Shown piece by piece: positions 24,167-32,381 of a DNA stretch of 64,000 nt (position 1 is its first letter; every line of letters starts with the position of its first letter). Both the position numbers and the translations under genes were made by a program. The notes below the pieces were generated by a model, which made no database searches, was not told the DNA's origin, and was given only the letters and a program-made list of their open reading frames with translations. The DNA is taken from contig JAFWJN010000043.1 in the NCBI GenBank assembly GCA_017514685.1, forward strand, positions 35,167 through 99,166, written 5' to 3'. This DNA is from Clostridia bacterium. GTDB lineage: Bacteria; Bacillota; Clostridia; Christensenellales; CAG-138.

Positions 24167-24877
24167 ATGCGCGTATTGGATATTGATCTGGATTTTTTCT
24201 TGGCAGACTGCTACCCGCTTGCACCTGTTGGGCAGCGCCCTTTGCTGAAAGGGCATGAACCCTGGACAAAGGAAGCAGTCGAAACTTTTCTGGAAAAGCA
24301 GTGCGGATTGTCGAAAAAACAGCCTCTTCCGGGAAAGATTTTTCCGACGCATGATGAAGCGCTTCGCTTCTGGAAAGACCGGATGGAGAAAGGCTCATTA
24401 AGCGTTCCTTTTTGGGTGACGCACATCGATGCGCACAGTGATCTTGGAATTGGCAAACCCGGTCCCGGATTTGTTTTGAATACCGTCTTGGCGCAGACTC
24501 CGTGCAAAAGAGACGATCTTTTGCACTGGTACGAGATGAAACAGCTGGATGAAGCAAACTATCTGCTGTTTGCACTTGCGTTCCGCTGGATTTCACGGCT
24601 GGATAATGTGAGAAATCCGAATTCCCGACCGGATATTCCGAAGGAGATTCTTCTTCCGGACAGAACCGATGCGATCCGGCTTACCTCTTTTTCCGCAAGG
24701 CTTCTGGAGAGTCGGAACGGACCGGAGCCGGTAGTGCCTTTTGCAGTCTATGATGATTACAGATCGTTTCAGGCTGAAACAGCGTTTGATTATATGACGG
24801 TTGCAATCTCTCCCCGGTATGCGCCGAAAGAAGCGGATGAGTTGCTTTCCGTTTTTAAGCAATATATGAAAGAATAG
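24167..24877 (+). CDS. UPF0489-family protein
   Basis: MRVLDIDLDFFL...WVTHIDAHSDLG resembles the UPF0489 N-terminal signature. It lies 29 nt after the znuB-like gene. Confidence 0.45.
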   Translation: MRVLDIDLDFFLADCYPLAPVGQRPLLKGHEPWTKEAVETFLEKQCGLSKKQPLPGKIFPTHDEALRFWKDRMEKGSLSVPFWVTHIDAHSDLGIGKPGPGFVLNTVLAQTPCKRDDLLHWYEMKQLDEANYLLFALAFRWISRLDNVRNPNSRPDIPKEILLPDRTDAIRLTSFSARLLESRNGPEPVVPFAVYDDYRSFQAETAFDYMTVAISPRYAPKEADELLSVFKQYMKE

Positions 24878-24973
24878 AAAAAGACCCGGCTTAACATGCT
24901 GCTATAACCGAAATCAATCATGGAGAGATTCCGGTTTACAGAGAAAGCCGGGTATTTTTTTCTTTGAAACAGC

Positions 24974-25558
24974 TTATTTTTTGATAAAATTGGTGAAGAC
25001 TTTTTCGACCGGACCGGGAGTACCGATACCGGCATTTTTACCTGCTTCAATGGATTTGAGCAGCCAGGCCATGTTGCGGCCAAGAACCTGCATGATCTGA
25101 ACGCCTTCTTTATCGGACAGCACATCTTCCGGGGTCGCTCCGTGCACTTCATTCCAGTAGCGGGAAGAGACGATTGGCATTTCGGCAAATGCGAAGTATT
25201 TATTGATTGCATCAATTGCTGCCGTTGTGCCTGCCCGGCGGGCTGAAGTGACAGCGGCAGCGGGTTTTAAGCGCAGAACGCCGGAGGAAGTGGAAAACAA
25301 CCGGTCCATAAAAACTCTGACCTCGCCGGATGGTCCCGCATAATAGACAGGAGAACCAACTACCATCCCGTCACAGGCTTTGAGCTTTTCCGCAGCGGTT
25401 TTTACGATCTCATCGATGTTGCCGTTCACGGCATCTTTCCCGATAAAAAGGAATTCGGTTTCAATTCCTTCCTGGTTTAAAGCATCGGCAACCAGGGATA
25501 AAGCCGTGTAGGTGCATCCTTTCTCACGGCGGCTTCCATTAATCATAAGAACTTTCAT
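24974..25558 (-). CDS. Flavodoxin-like fold NAD(P)H-dependent FMN reductase family protein
   Basis: MKVLMINGSRREKGCT...MVVGSPVYYAGPSG pattern. Confidence 0.7.
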   Translation of the reverse strand: MKVLMINGSRREKGCTYTALSLVADALNQEGIETEFLFIGKDAVNGNIDEIVKTAAEKLKACDGMVVGSPVYYAGPSGEVRVFMDRLFSTSSGVLRLKPAAAVTSARRAGTTAAIDAINKYFAFAEMPIVSSRYWNEVHGATPEDVLSDKEGVQIMQVLGRNMAWLLKSIEAGKNAGIGTPGPVEKVFTNFIKK

Positions 25559-25778
25559 AATTTTTTCCTTTCTGTGAAAGGGATCTTACAGAAGAAGGTG
25601 TTTTTTCTTCCGCCCTTTTGTATGTCTTTATTTTATCAGTTGTGGGAATTCACATCAAGCATTTTTGTGTGGCTGAGCGTAGCAGGGAATGTGGAGAAGA
25701 AGCTTGAGTATTATTTTTCTGCTTCCATGCTAAACAAAATGTGGTGCTGCCAGGATCGTATTCTCATATTGACTCTTC

Positions 25779-25851
25779 CCCAAACAAGAAAAAAACTGAA
25801 ACTTTACGTCTTTGGGCTTTCCTCTTTGGAGACACCACCTGGAATCGAATC
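25779..25851. repeat. Degenerate duplicate of the tRNA-Cys 3' end + downstream terminator region (att-like remnant)
   Basis: CCAAACAAGAAAAAA...GGGCTTTCCTCTTTGGAGACACCACCTGGAATCGAATCC versus 26894-26968 CCAAAACAAGAAAAAAGCCC...GGGCTCTTCTCTTTGGAGGCACCACCCGGAATCGAACC. Confidence 0.75.
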
Positions 25852-26011
25852 CCCGTTTTCAGGTATTAACTTCCACATATAATTGCATTATTTTCAGATT
25901 GAGAGGTAATGCGTTTGCTAAGAAATAACATCCAAAACAATTTAATAAAATTCTCCCGAAAGGACAGGATCTGTGCTATAATGCATTTACTATCTTTGGG
26001 AGGCAACGCAC

Positions 26012-26788
26012 GTGGATCGATATGGAAAGGCTCTGGCTGTTTGGCAGCGTAAACAAGTTAGAACGGACGCCGAGTTGGCTGAAGCGCTGAACGGTCACAG
26101 CATTTCCTTTGCCTATCATTCCGGCAATTTGGAAAATGATCGTATCACTTACAACGACACGCGCGAGATCTTTGATCACGACGGTGTGACATCCTACACC
26201 GGCGATTTGCGGACGCTGTTTGAAATCCGAAATGCGAAGGATGCCAACGAGCTGTTTCTGCAAGCCTTCCGTGACAGACGGCCGTTGGATGAGAGCCTTG
26301 TAAAAGAATTCCAGAAGTGCCTTACGTTGAACACATATGACACGCGTCGCTATCAGATGGGAGAACGTCCCGGTGAATATAAGCACCATGATTATGTGAC
26401 CGGCAAGAACGAAATCGGAGCTGCACCCGAGGATGTTGCCGATGAAATGAATGAACTGCTCAGAGAACTGCACGACATTCCTACTGATAAACTGCTTCGC
26501 GCCGCAGCGTATTACCACGTGAAATTTGAGAACATTCATCCATTTGCCGATGGAAACGGCAGAACCGGCCGCTTGACCATGAATTATTTTTTGGTCATGA
26601 ATGGCCATCCGCCGATTACCATTCACCAAGAGGATCGCAAAGACTACTATGCCGCATTGGAAGCTTGGGACGAGAGACAGGAGCTTGCGCCGATGGAAGC
26701 TTTCCTTCGGACGCAAACCGTAAAAACATGGGAAAAGCAGATTGAACGTAGTGAACGCGCTGCACGGCTTGGTGAACCGGCGCGCTAA
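26012..26788 (+). CDS. fic: Fic-domain protein (AMPylase-type) with N-terminal inhibitory-helix motif
   Basis: HPFADGNGRTGR matches the Fic active-site motif HxFx[DE]GNGRxxR. SGNLEN near the N-terminus matches the [ST]xxxE[GN] auto-inhibition motif. Confidence 0.85.
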   Translation: MDRYGKALAVWQRKQVRTDAELAEALNGHSISFAYHSGNLENDRITYNDTREIFDHDGVTSYTGDLRTLFEIRNAKDANELFLQAFRDRRPLDESLVKEFQKCLTLNTYDTRRYQMGERPGEYKHHDYVTGKNEIGAAPEDVADEMNELLRELHDIPTDKLLRAAAYYHVKFENIHPFADGNGRTGRLTMNYFLVMNGHPPITIHQEDRKDYYAALEAWDERQELAPMEAFLRTQTVKTWEKQIERSERAARLGEPAR

Positions 26789-26903
26789 AGTGCTTGCCCG
26801 TTTCGGAAATGATTCGCTTCGTAACGGTGCAGTGGAAAATATTGCTTTTCCTCTGTATGCCCCAATTGTGCCAAAAGCCGTTTTTTGACAATTCCAAAAC
26901 AAG

Positions 26904-26935
26904 AAAAAAGCCCTAAAACATTTAGTTTTAGGGCT
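26904..26935 (-). terminator. Terminator of the tRNA operon
   Basis: On the minus strand: AGCCCTAAAAC-TAAAT-GTTTTAGGGCT followed by TTTTTT. Confidence 0.75.
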
Positions 26936-26943
26936 CTTCTCTT

Positions 26944-27017
26944 TGGAGGCACCACCCGGAATCGAACCGGGGATAAGGGTTTTGCAGACCCGTGCCTTAC
27001 CGCTTGGCCATGGTGCC
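26944..27017 (-). tRNA. tRNA-Cys (GCA)
   Basis: The reverse complement folds as a cloverleaf: acceptor GGCACCA/TGGTGCC, anticodon loop CTGCAAA, T-loop TTCGATT, encoded CCA. Confidence 0.85.
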
Positions 27018-27043
27018 GTATCCGGAAAAATCCGGATAAAAAA

Positions 27044-27119
27044 TGGAGCGGGAAACGGGGCTCGAACCCGCCACCTCAGCCTTGGCAAGGCTGCGCTCTA
27101 CCAAATGAGCTATTCCCGC
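27044..27119 (-). tRNA. tRNA-Gly (GCC)
   Basis: Acceptor GCGGGAA/TTCCCGC, anticodon loop TTGCCAA, T-loop TTCGAGC, encoded CCA. Confidence 0.85.
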
Positions 27120-27123
27120 AACA

Positions 27124-27199
27124 TGGTGCCTCAGAGTGGACTTGAACCACCGACACAGGGATTTTCAGTCCCTTGCTCTACCAACTGAGCTACCGAGGC
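27124..27199 (-). tRNA. tRNA-Phe (GAA)
   Basis: GCCTCGGTAGCTCAGTTGGTAGAGC..., anticodon loop CTGAAAA, T-loop TTCAAGT, encoded CCA. Confidence 0.85.
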
Positions 27200-27203
27200 A
27201 AAA

Positions 27204-27280
27204 TGGCGACCCGAAGGGGGCTCGAACCCCTGACCTCCAGCGTGACAGGCTGGCGTACTAACCAACTGTACTACCGGGCC
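27204..27280 (-). tRNA. tRNA-Asp (GTC)
   Basis: GGCCCGGTAGTACAGTTGGTTAGTAC..., anticodon loop CTGTCAC, T-loop TTCGAGC, encoded CCA. Confidence 0.85.
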
Positions 27281-27289
27281 GTAAAAACC

Positions 27290-27365
27290 TGGTGGGAACA
27301 ACAGGGCTCGAACCTGTGACCCCCTGCTTGTAAGGCAGATGCTCTCCCAGCTGAGCTATGCTCCC
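27290..27365 (-). tRNA. tRNA-Val (TAC)
   Basis: GGGAGCATAGCTCAGCTGGGAGAGC..., anticodon loop CTTACAA, T-loop TTCGAGC, encoded CCA. Confidence 0.85.
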
Positions 27366-27387
27366 AGCACGCTAACGCGCATTAGTT

Positions 27388-27416
27388 ATTATAACGATGA
27401 AACGAATATCTGTCAA
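27388..27416 (-). promoter_or_regulatory. Promoter of the Val-Asp-Phe-Gly-Cys tRNA operon
   Basis: Minus strand TTGACA-N17-TATAAT, about 20 nt upstream of the tRNA-Val 5' end. Confidence 0.65.
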
Positions 27417-27542
27417 CCAGTTTTTTTTGCTTTTCTTAGGCCTTTTTTTGTACGATTTCAGTAAAAAGATTCGCTAGGCTGACTTTTTTCTGCAGCATAT
27501 CGGATCCGGAAGAGGAGGTGAATTAATTTTACATGGAAGCGA

Positions 27543-27571
27543 TTGCGGGGGAGGGCATTTCTCTTTATAAT
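27543..27571 (+). promoter_or_regulatory. Candidate promoter of the ECF-S/CoaW fusion gene
   Basis: TTGCGG-N17-TATAAT. Confidence 0.4.
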
Positions 27572-27601
27572 GGATACATTCTAAATCAGGAGGAATGAAT
27601 C

Positions 27602-29026
27602 GTGCAGTTGAAAGTGTCACATCGTGAAAAAACGAAGCGTATGGTACAGCTGGCAGTTTTGCTTGCGCTTGAAATTATCATAGCTTTCACTCCGCTTGGA
27701 ACGATCCAGGTCGGAACGATCGCAGCGACTCTCGGACATATCCCTGTTATTATTGCTGCTGTTGTTATGGGAACTGCGGAAGGCGCATTTATGGGCTTTG
27801 TCTTCGGTCTTTTGAGCTTTATCTATTGGACGTTTGTACAGCCGGCCAATCCGACGGCATTTATGTTTACTCCTTTTTGCCAGTTGGGTGAGATCCGCGG
27901 AAGTGCCTGGAGCCTTCTGATCTGTTTTCTTCCCAGGATTCTGATCGGTGTGGTCGCAGGTGAAGTTTGCAAACTGGTTAAGAGAAAAATCGGGAAAGAC
28001 GGGCTGGCTTACGGTCTGGCCGGTGCAGCAGGAAGCGCTGTCACAACGATCCTTGTATTGGGTATGACATATCTTCTGATCGGACGGCAGTATGTTGCGG
28101 CAGTGTTCAGCGGCGGCGCAGCTCCTGAGAATGCTATGGCATGGCTGCTTGCGGCAATCGGGACTGTAATTCTGACAAACGGGATCCCGGAGTTGGTGGT
28201 CGGAGTCCTGATGGCAATCGGCGTGGGATATGCCCTCGTGCCGCGGACCCGTGTTCTCGGGATTGACATCGGCTCTTCCATGACAAAAGTGGCATTGCTT
28301 CGGGGAGAGAAAATTGAGTGGACGGAACGCTTCGAAAACACGGAAGATCTGGAAAAGAAACTGAATGATCTGCCTGTCGGTAAAGTGAAAAAAATCTGTG
28401 TGACAGGTGTCGGAGCATCTTTCATTAACGGTAATCTGTGTGGTATTCCGACGGAGCGCGTAGAAGAGTTTCGAGCACTCGGCAGAGGAGCGGCGCTTGT
28501 TGCTCATAAACGGAACCTGATCGTCTGCAGCGTCGGAACCGGAACCGCATTTGTCCGGGTTACTCCCTTTACGGTATTTCATATCGGGGGGTCCGGAGTC
28601 GGCGGAGGGATGCTGAAAGGCCTTTCGGAAAAACTGTTCGGAACATATGATGCACAGCACATCGCGGAACTTGCAAAAGCAGGTTCTTTGAATGAGGTGG
28701 ATCTTACGCTTGCGGATGTATGCAAGGGAACGATCTCCAATCTGAACGAAGAAACAACCGTTGCAAATCTGGCAAAAGCCGGAACCGCGTCGGATGAAGC
28801 TCTGGCACATGGCCTTTACAACGTGATTTTCCAGAGTATAGGCGTTATGGCTGCGTTTGCTGCAAAGCATCATTTTGTGAAAACCATTTTCGTGTGCGGA
28901 ACCATTCTGGAACACGGAAATCTGGCAAAAGAAGCACTGGACGAGGTAGCGGCACTTCACCATGTGAAATTCGTGATCTCAGAGAAGGCAGCATATATCA
29001 CGGCGATCGGCGCTGCACTTCAATAA
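27602..29026 (+). CDS. coaW: Fusion protein: ECF-transporter S-component-like membrane domain + type II pantothenate kinase (CoaW-like)
   Basis: AGGAGGA SD before the GTG at 27602. Residues 1-~210 contain ~6 TM helices resembling ECF substrate-capture components. From ~aa 215 the sequence VLGIDIGSSMTKVA...VGTGTAF...GGSGVGGGMLKGL...AAYITAIGAAL parallels S. aureus-type CoaW (GIDAGGTLTK, VGTGTS, GGIGTGGG, AFSGAIGAL). Confidence 0.7.
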   Translation: MQLKVSHREKTKRMVQLAVLLALEIIIAFTPLGTIQVGTIAATLGHIPVIIAAVVMGTAEGAFMGFVFGLLSFIYWTFVQPANPTAFMFTPFCQLGEIRGSAWSLLICFLPRILIGVVAGEVCKLVKRKIGKDGLAYGLAGAAGSAVTTILVLGMTYLLIGRQYVAAVFSGGAAPENAMAWLLAAIGTVILTNGIPELVVGVLMAIGVGYALVPRTRVLGIDIGSSMTKVALLRGEKIEWTERFENTEDLEKKLNDLPVGKVKKICVTGVGASFINGNLCGIPTERVEEFRALGRGAALVAHKRNLIVCSVGTGTAFVRVTPFTVFHIGGSGVGGGMLKGLSEKLFGTYDAQHIAELAKAGSLNEVDLTLADVCKGTISNLNEETTVANLAKAGTASDEALAHGLYNVIFQSIGVMAAFAAKHHFVKTIFVCGTILEHGNLAKEALDEVAALHHVKFVISEKAAYITAIGAALQ

Positions 29027-29123
29027 TATGTATTAACGGAACAGGTTGAGTGATCCTCTTTTTTGTAAAAAAGAAAAAAATGCTTGCATTTAGATGTCGG
29101 ATTCGCTATAATACCTGTTGCGT

Positions 29124-29200
29124 GCTGATGTAGCTCAGTTGGTAGAGCGCGTCATTGGTAATGACGAGGTTCATGGGTCCGACTCCCATCATCAGCTCCA
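29124..29200 (+). tRNA. tRNA-Thr (GGT), stand-alone, with unusual T-loop
   Basis: Acceptor GCTGATG/CATCAGC, D-arm GCTCAGTTGGTAGAGC, anticodon loop TTGGTAA, encoded CCA. The T-arm is ATGGG-TCCGACT-CCCAT (TCC instead of TTC) and the variable loop appears to be 6 nt. Own promoter TTGCAT-N17-TATAAT at 29085-29113. Confidence 0.7.
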
Positions 29201-29202
29201 GA

Positions 29203-29234
29203 GAGTCCCGTAAAGCGGGACTCTTTCGTTTTTT
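29203..29234 (+). terminator. Rho-independent terminator after tRNA-Thr
   Basis: GAGTCCCG-TAAAG-CGGGACTC followed by TTTCGTTTTTT. Confidence 0.8.
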
Positions 29235-29328
29235 GGCGTTTTTTGCTTTACTGAAAGAATTTTGAATGGGCTAAAGTGAACGGCAGGACTATTAGTATAT
29301 ACCAATTAGTAATAACAAGAAGAGGGTT

Positions 29329-29342
29329 TTTGTATTTACAAA
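29329..29342. promoter_or_regulatory. Perfect 14-bp palindrome upstream of rnfC (candidate operator)
   Basis: TTTGTA-TT-TACAAA. A second inverted repeat, ACCATAGT-GGTAA-ACTATGGT, lies at 29377-29397. Confidence 0.3.
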
Positions 29343-29461
29343 CAGTAGAATTCCTGCTAAACTTTGATATAGATATACCATAGTGGTAAACTATGGTTAT
29401 AGTATGCCGTTTACAGCATATAGAAGATGAACGGAAGTATTCTGAAGGAGGGAAAGGAACT

Positions 29462-30814
29462 GTGAAAGACACGTTTCGCGGCGGTGTTCATCCGAGAGGT
29501 CATAAAGAACTGAGTCGGGAAATGCCGCTGCGCGCTTATGAAGCGACCGGGGAAATGGTCTTTCCGCTTGCGCAGCATATCGGAAAACCTGCCAAAGCGA
29601 TCGTGAAAAAGGGCGATCCGGTTGTGGCAGGGCAGTGTATTGCGGAAGCGGACGGATTTGTTTCGGCGAACATCATCTGTTCTTGTTCCGGCAAGGTCAA
29701 GGCAGTAGAGAAGCGCCGTACGATTTCCGGTGCAATGCAGGAATGTATTGTGGTGGAAAATGACGGACAGTACACGCAGAAAGACCCGTATACGGAAAAA
29801 GAGGATATTGAAAAACTCTCAAATGACGAGATCATTGCCCGCGTGAAAGATGCGGGGATCATCGGACTTGGGGGTGCTGGATTCCCGACGCACGTCAAGC
29901 TGATGCCGAAGAAACCTCTGGGCATCAAATACCTGATTGCAAACGGTGCGGAGTGTGAGCCTTACATCACCTGCAACGATCAGCTGATGCGCAGTTCCGC
30001 CGATGAGATCATTGAGGGTATGGAAATTGTGCTTCGCCTTTTCCCAAATGCCGATGGTATTGTTGCAATCGAGACAAACAAACCGGAAGCGATTGCTTCC
30101 ATGCAGGCGGCCGCTGTCGGGCATGAGAGGATTCATGTGGTAGCGCTGCGTACCAAGTATCCACAGGGCGGTGAACGCAGTCTGATCAAATCAATCGCAG
30201 GCATTGATTATCCTATCACAAAGCTTCCGGCGGATGTGGGATGTATTGTGGATAACGTCGGAACGCTGTACGCAATCGGCCGCGCGGTACTTTATCGTGA
30301 ACCTCTGTTCCGGCACGTGCTGACCGTTACAGGCGAAGCGCTCGTGCGTCCCTGCAACTTCATCGTGCGTGACGGTACGAGTTTTGCGGAACTGATTGAA
30401 GCCGCAGGAGACGTCCGGGAAGGGAAAGAAGCCGTAAAGGTCATTTCCGGCGGCCCGATGATGGGAATCGCGGTGAGCTCGACGGAGGTTCCCATTACCA
30501 AGACAACAAACGCGATTACAGTGCTCCCGGAAGATGCGGTTGAAAAAGCGGACAGTTATATGACGGCATGTCTGCACTGCGGGCGCTGCACGACCGTTTG
30601 CCCGAGCGGACTGATGCCGCAGATGATGGCGGATGCCATTATAGCCGGGGATTACGAGAGATATGAGAACAAGCTGTACGGGCTTGACTGTGTCGCATGC
30701 GGTTCCTGTACTTATATCTGTCCCGCAAAGCGTCCGCTGACTCAGGCATTTAAGAAAACAAAGGCGGAGATTATGGCCCGCAAACGTGCGGCGGCAGCAG
30801 GAGGGAACAAATGA
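29462..30814 (+). CDS. rnfC: Rnf complex subunit C
   Basis: GAAGGAGGGAAAGGA SD then a GTG at 29462 giving (M)KDTFRGGVHP, the canonical RnfC N-terminus. GLGGAGFPTHVK NAD/FMN-site motif. Two 4Fe-4S motifs, CLHCGRCTTVCP and CVACGSCTYICP. Confidence 0.9.
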   Translation: MKDTFRGGVHPRGHKELSREMPLRAYEATGEMVFPLAQHIGKPAKAIVKKGDPVVAGQCIAEADGFVSANIICSCSGKVKAVEKRRTISGAMQECIVVENDGQYTQKDPYTEKEDIEKLSNDEIIARVKDAGIIGLGGAGFPTHVKLMPKKPLGIKYLIANGAECEPYITCNDQLMRSSADEIIEGMEIVLRLFPNADGIVAIETNKPEAIASMQAAAVGHERIHVVALRTKYPQGGERSLIKSIAGIDYPITKLPADVGCIVDNVGTLYAIGRAVLYREPLFRHVLTVTGEALVRPCNFIVRDGTSFAELIEAAGDVREGKEAVKVISGGPMMGIAVSSTEVPITKTTNAITVLPEDAVEKADSYMTACLHCGRCTTVCPSGLMPQMMADAIIAGDYERYENKLYGLDCVACGSCTYICPAKRPLTQAFKKTKAEIMARKRAAAAGGNK

Positions 30815-32379
30815 GCACATTGCATCTTTCCCACGGCCCGCATATCCGTGATCGCTGGACTACTTCATTTATCATGCATACCGTATTGCTGGCGCTTCTT
30901 CCGACCGCTGTTGTCGGCGTCATCGTAAACGGATGGCATTCTCTGTTCATCATTCTCGCATCGATCGTTGCGGCTGTCGGTTCGGAATGGCTGTTCTGCG
31001 CCATTACAAAGCGCAAGCTCTCGATTCTTGACGGATCCGCGGCAGTAACGGGCATGATGCTTGCGCTGTCGCTATCCCCGACCGTTCCGCTGTACATCCC
31101 GATTCTCGGCTCGATGTTTGCGATTCTGGTCGTCAAATGCGCTTTCGGCGGTCTCGGCAAGAACTTCGTGAACCCGGCGCTTGCAGCAAGATGCTTCCTT
31201 ATGATTTCATTTGGAAATGCGATGACCAAGTTCCCTCTTGGCGTGGATGGTATTTCTTCCGCGACTCCGGTAGCGGATCTTCTTGCGGGAAGAACAGTCA
31301 ATATCACGCAGATGTTCCTGGGAACGACAAACGGCGTTATCGGCAGTTCCGTTCTGGCGATGCTGATCGGCGGGTTGATTCTGTGGGGACTTGACATCAT
31401 CCATGGCGAGATCTGTTTCTCCGTTCTCGGAGGATTTACCCTTGTAGTCGGACTTTTCGGAGGACAGGGATTTGATCCCAAATTCCTGCTGGCAAACATC
31501 TGCGGCGGCGGTGTCGTGATGGGCGCGTTCTTCATGGCGACCGACTATACAACTTCTCCTGTCAGCCGGCTCGGCCAGCTGGTATACGGCTGCCTGATCG
31601 GCGTCTTGGGCGCGCTGTTCCGTGTCTTCGGAAAGAGCGCGGATTCTTTCAGTTATTCGGTTATCATCGCAAACCTGTTTACGCCGCTGATCGATATGTA
31701 TATCATCCCGAAACCGTATGCATACCGTCCCGCTGCGATCAAACTTGCAAACGGTGAAAAGAAAACCCCGCTGCTGCAGCGGATTCCAAAGCCTGTAATT
31801 GCATTGACGCTGATCACATTGCTGGCGGGTGTTGCGCTTTCAGGCGTGTTCTCCATGACAAAGGATACGATTGAAGAGCAGAAGCTTGCTGCGAATATGG
31901 CGTCCTATCAGGAAGTGTGTCCGGATGCGGTTTCCTTCAAGCCGAGTGAGGCTGCTAAGGAAGCCATTGCGAACCTGAATGGCGGCGTTTACGGAACCAA
32001 ATACGGAAAAGCGTATATCAACGAGGCGGTTGTCGGTGTAGATGCGAACGGACAGGTTGTCGGATATGTCATCAGCGCAACAAGCGGCAATGGCTATGAA
32101 GGCAACATTAAGCTTTCCATCGGCATTACCCCGGACGGCACGGTAAAGGGCATCGCGTTTACAGAGTTGAATGAAACTCCGGGAAAAGGCTCACTGGCTG
32201 CGGAGCCCGGTTTTATCAATCAGTTTGACAACCGTTCTGTTACCCAGTTTGTACTGAACGGAAGCGGAAGCGACGGAATTGATGCAATCTCAGGCGCGAC
32301 AATTACTTCAACTGCGGTTGTCAATGCCGTCAATGCCGGACTGGACTTCTTCCACAGCGTCATGCAGGGAGGGAACTGA
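30811..32379 (+). CDS. rnfD: Rnf complex subunits D and G fused in one polypeptide
   Basis: Residues 1-~320 are a polytopic RnfD/NqrB-like part with the flavinylation-site context MATDYTTSPVS. From ~aa 325 come a TM anchor (PVIALTLITLLAGVALSGVF) and an RnfG/NqrC FMN-binding domain ending in DAISGATITSTAV (S-G-A-T flavinylation motif). The ATGA overlaps the rnfC stop. Confidence 0.85.
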   Translation: MSTLHLSHGPHIRDRWTTSFIMHTVLLALLPTAVVGVIVNGWHSLFIILASIVAAVGSEWLFCAITKRKLSILDGSAAVTGMMLALSLSPTVPLYIPILGSMFAILVVKCAFGGLGKNFVNPALAARCFLMISFGNAMTKFPLGVDGISSATPVADLLAGRTVNITQMFLGTTNGVIGSSVLAMLIGGLILWGLDIIHGEICFSVLGGFTLVVGLFGGQGFDPKFLLANICGGGVVMGAFFMATDYTTSPVSRLGQLVYGCLIGVLGALFRVFGKSADSFSYSVIIANLFTPLIDMYIIPKPYAYRPAAIKLANGEKKTPLLQRIPKPVIALTLITLLAGVALSGVFSMTKDTIEEQKLAANMASYQEVCPDAVSFKPSEAAKEAIANLNGGVYGTKYGKAYINEAVVGVDANGQVVGYVISATSGNGYEGNIKLSIGITPDGTVKGIAFTELNETPGKGSLAAEPGFINQFDNRSVTQFVLNGSGSDGIDAISGATITSTAVVNAVNAGLDFFHSVMQGGN

Positions 32380-32381
32380 TT

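Noticed and set aside
25976-27188. ORFs 25976..27088 (-), 26885..27145 (+) and 26943..27188 (+), plus 25574..25882 (+).
   Set aside because: They run through the tRNA genes, the Fic antisense strand or the tRNA-Cys remnant. 'PPGIEPG'-type peptides are simply translated tRNA T-arms.
27617-28963. 448-aa minus-strand ORF antisense to the ECF-S/CoaW fusion gene.
   Set aside because: It has no recognisable motifs and a Cys/Arg/Ser-rich composition. The sense strand has clear kinase and TM signatures.
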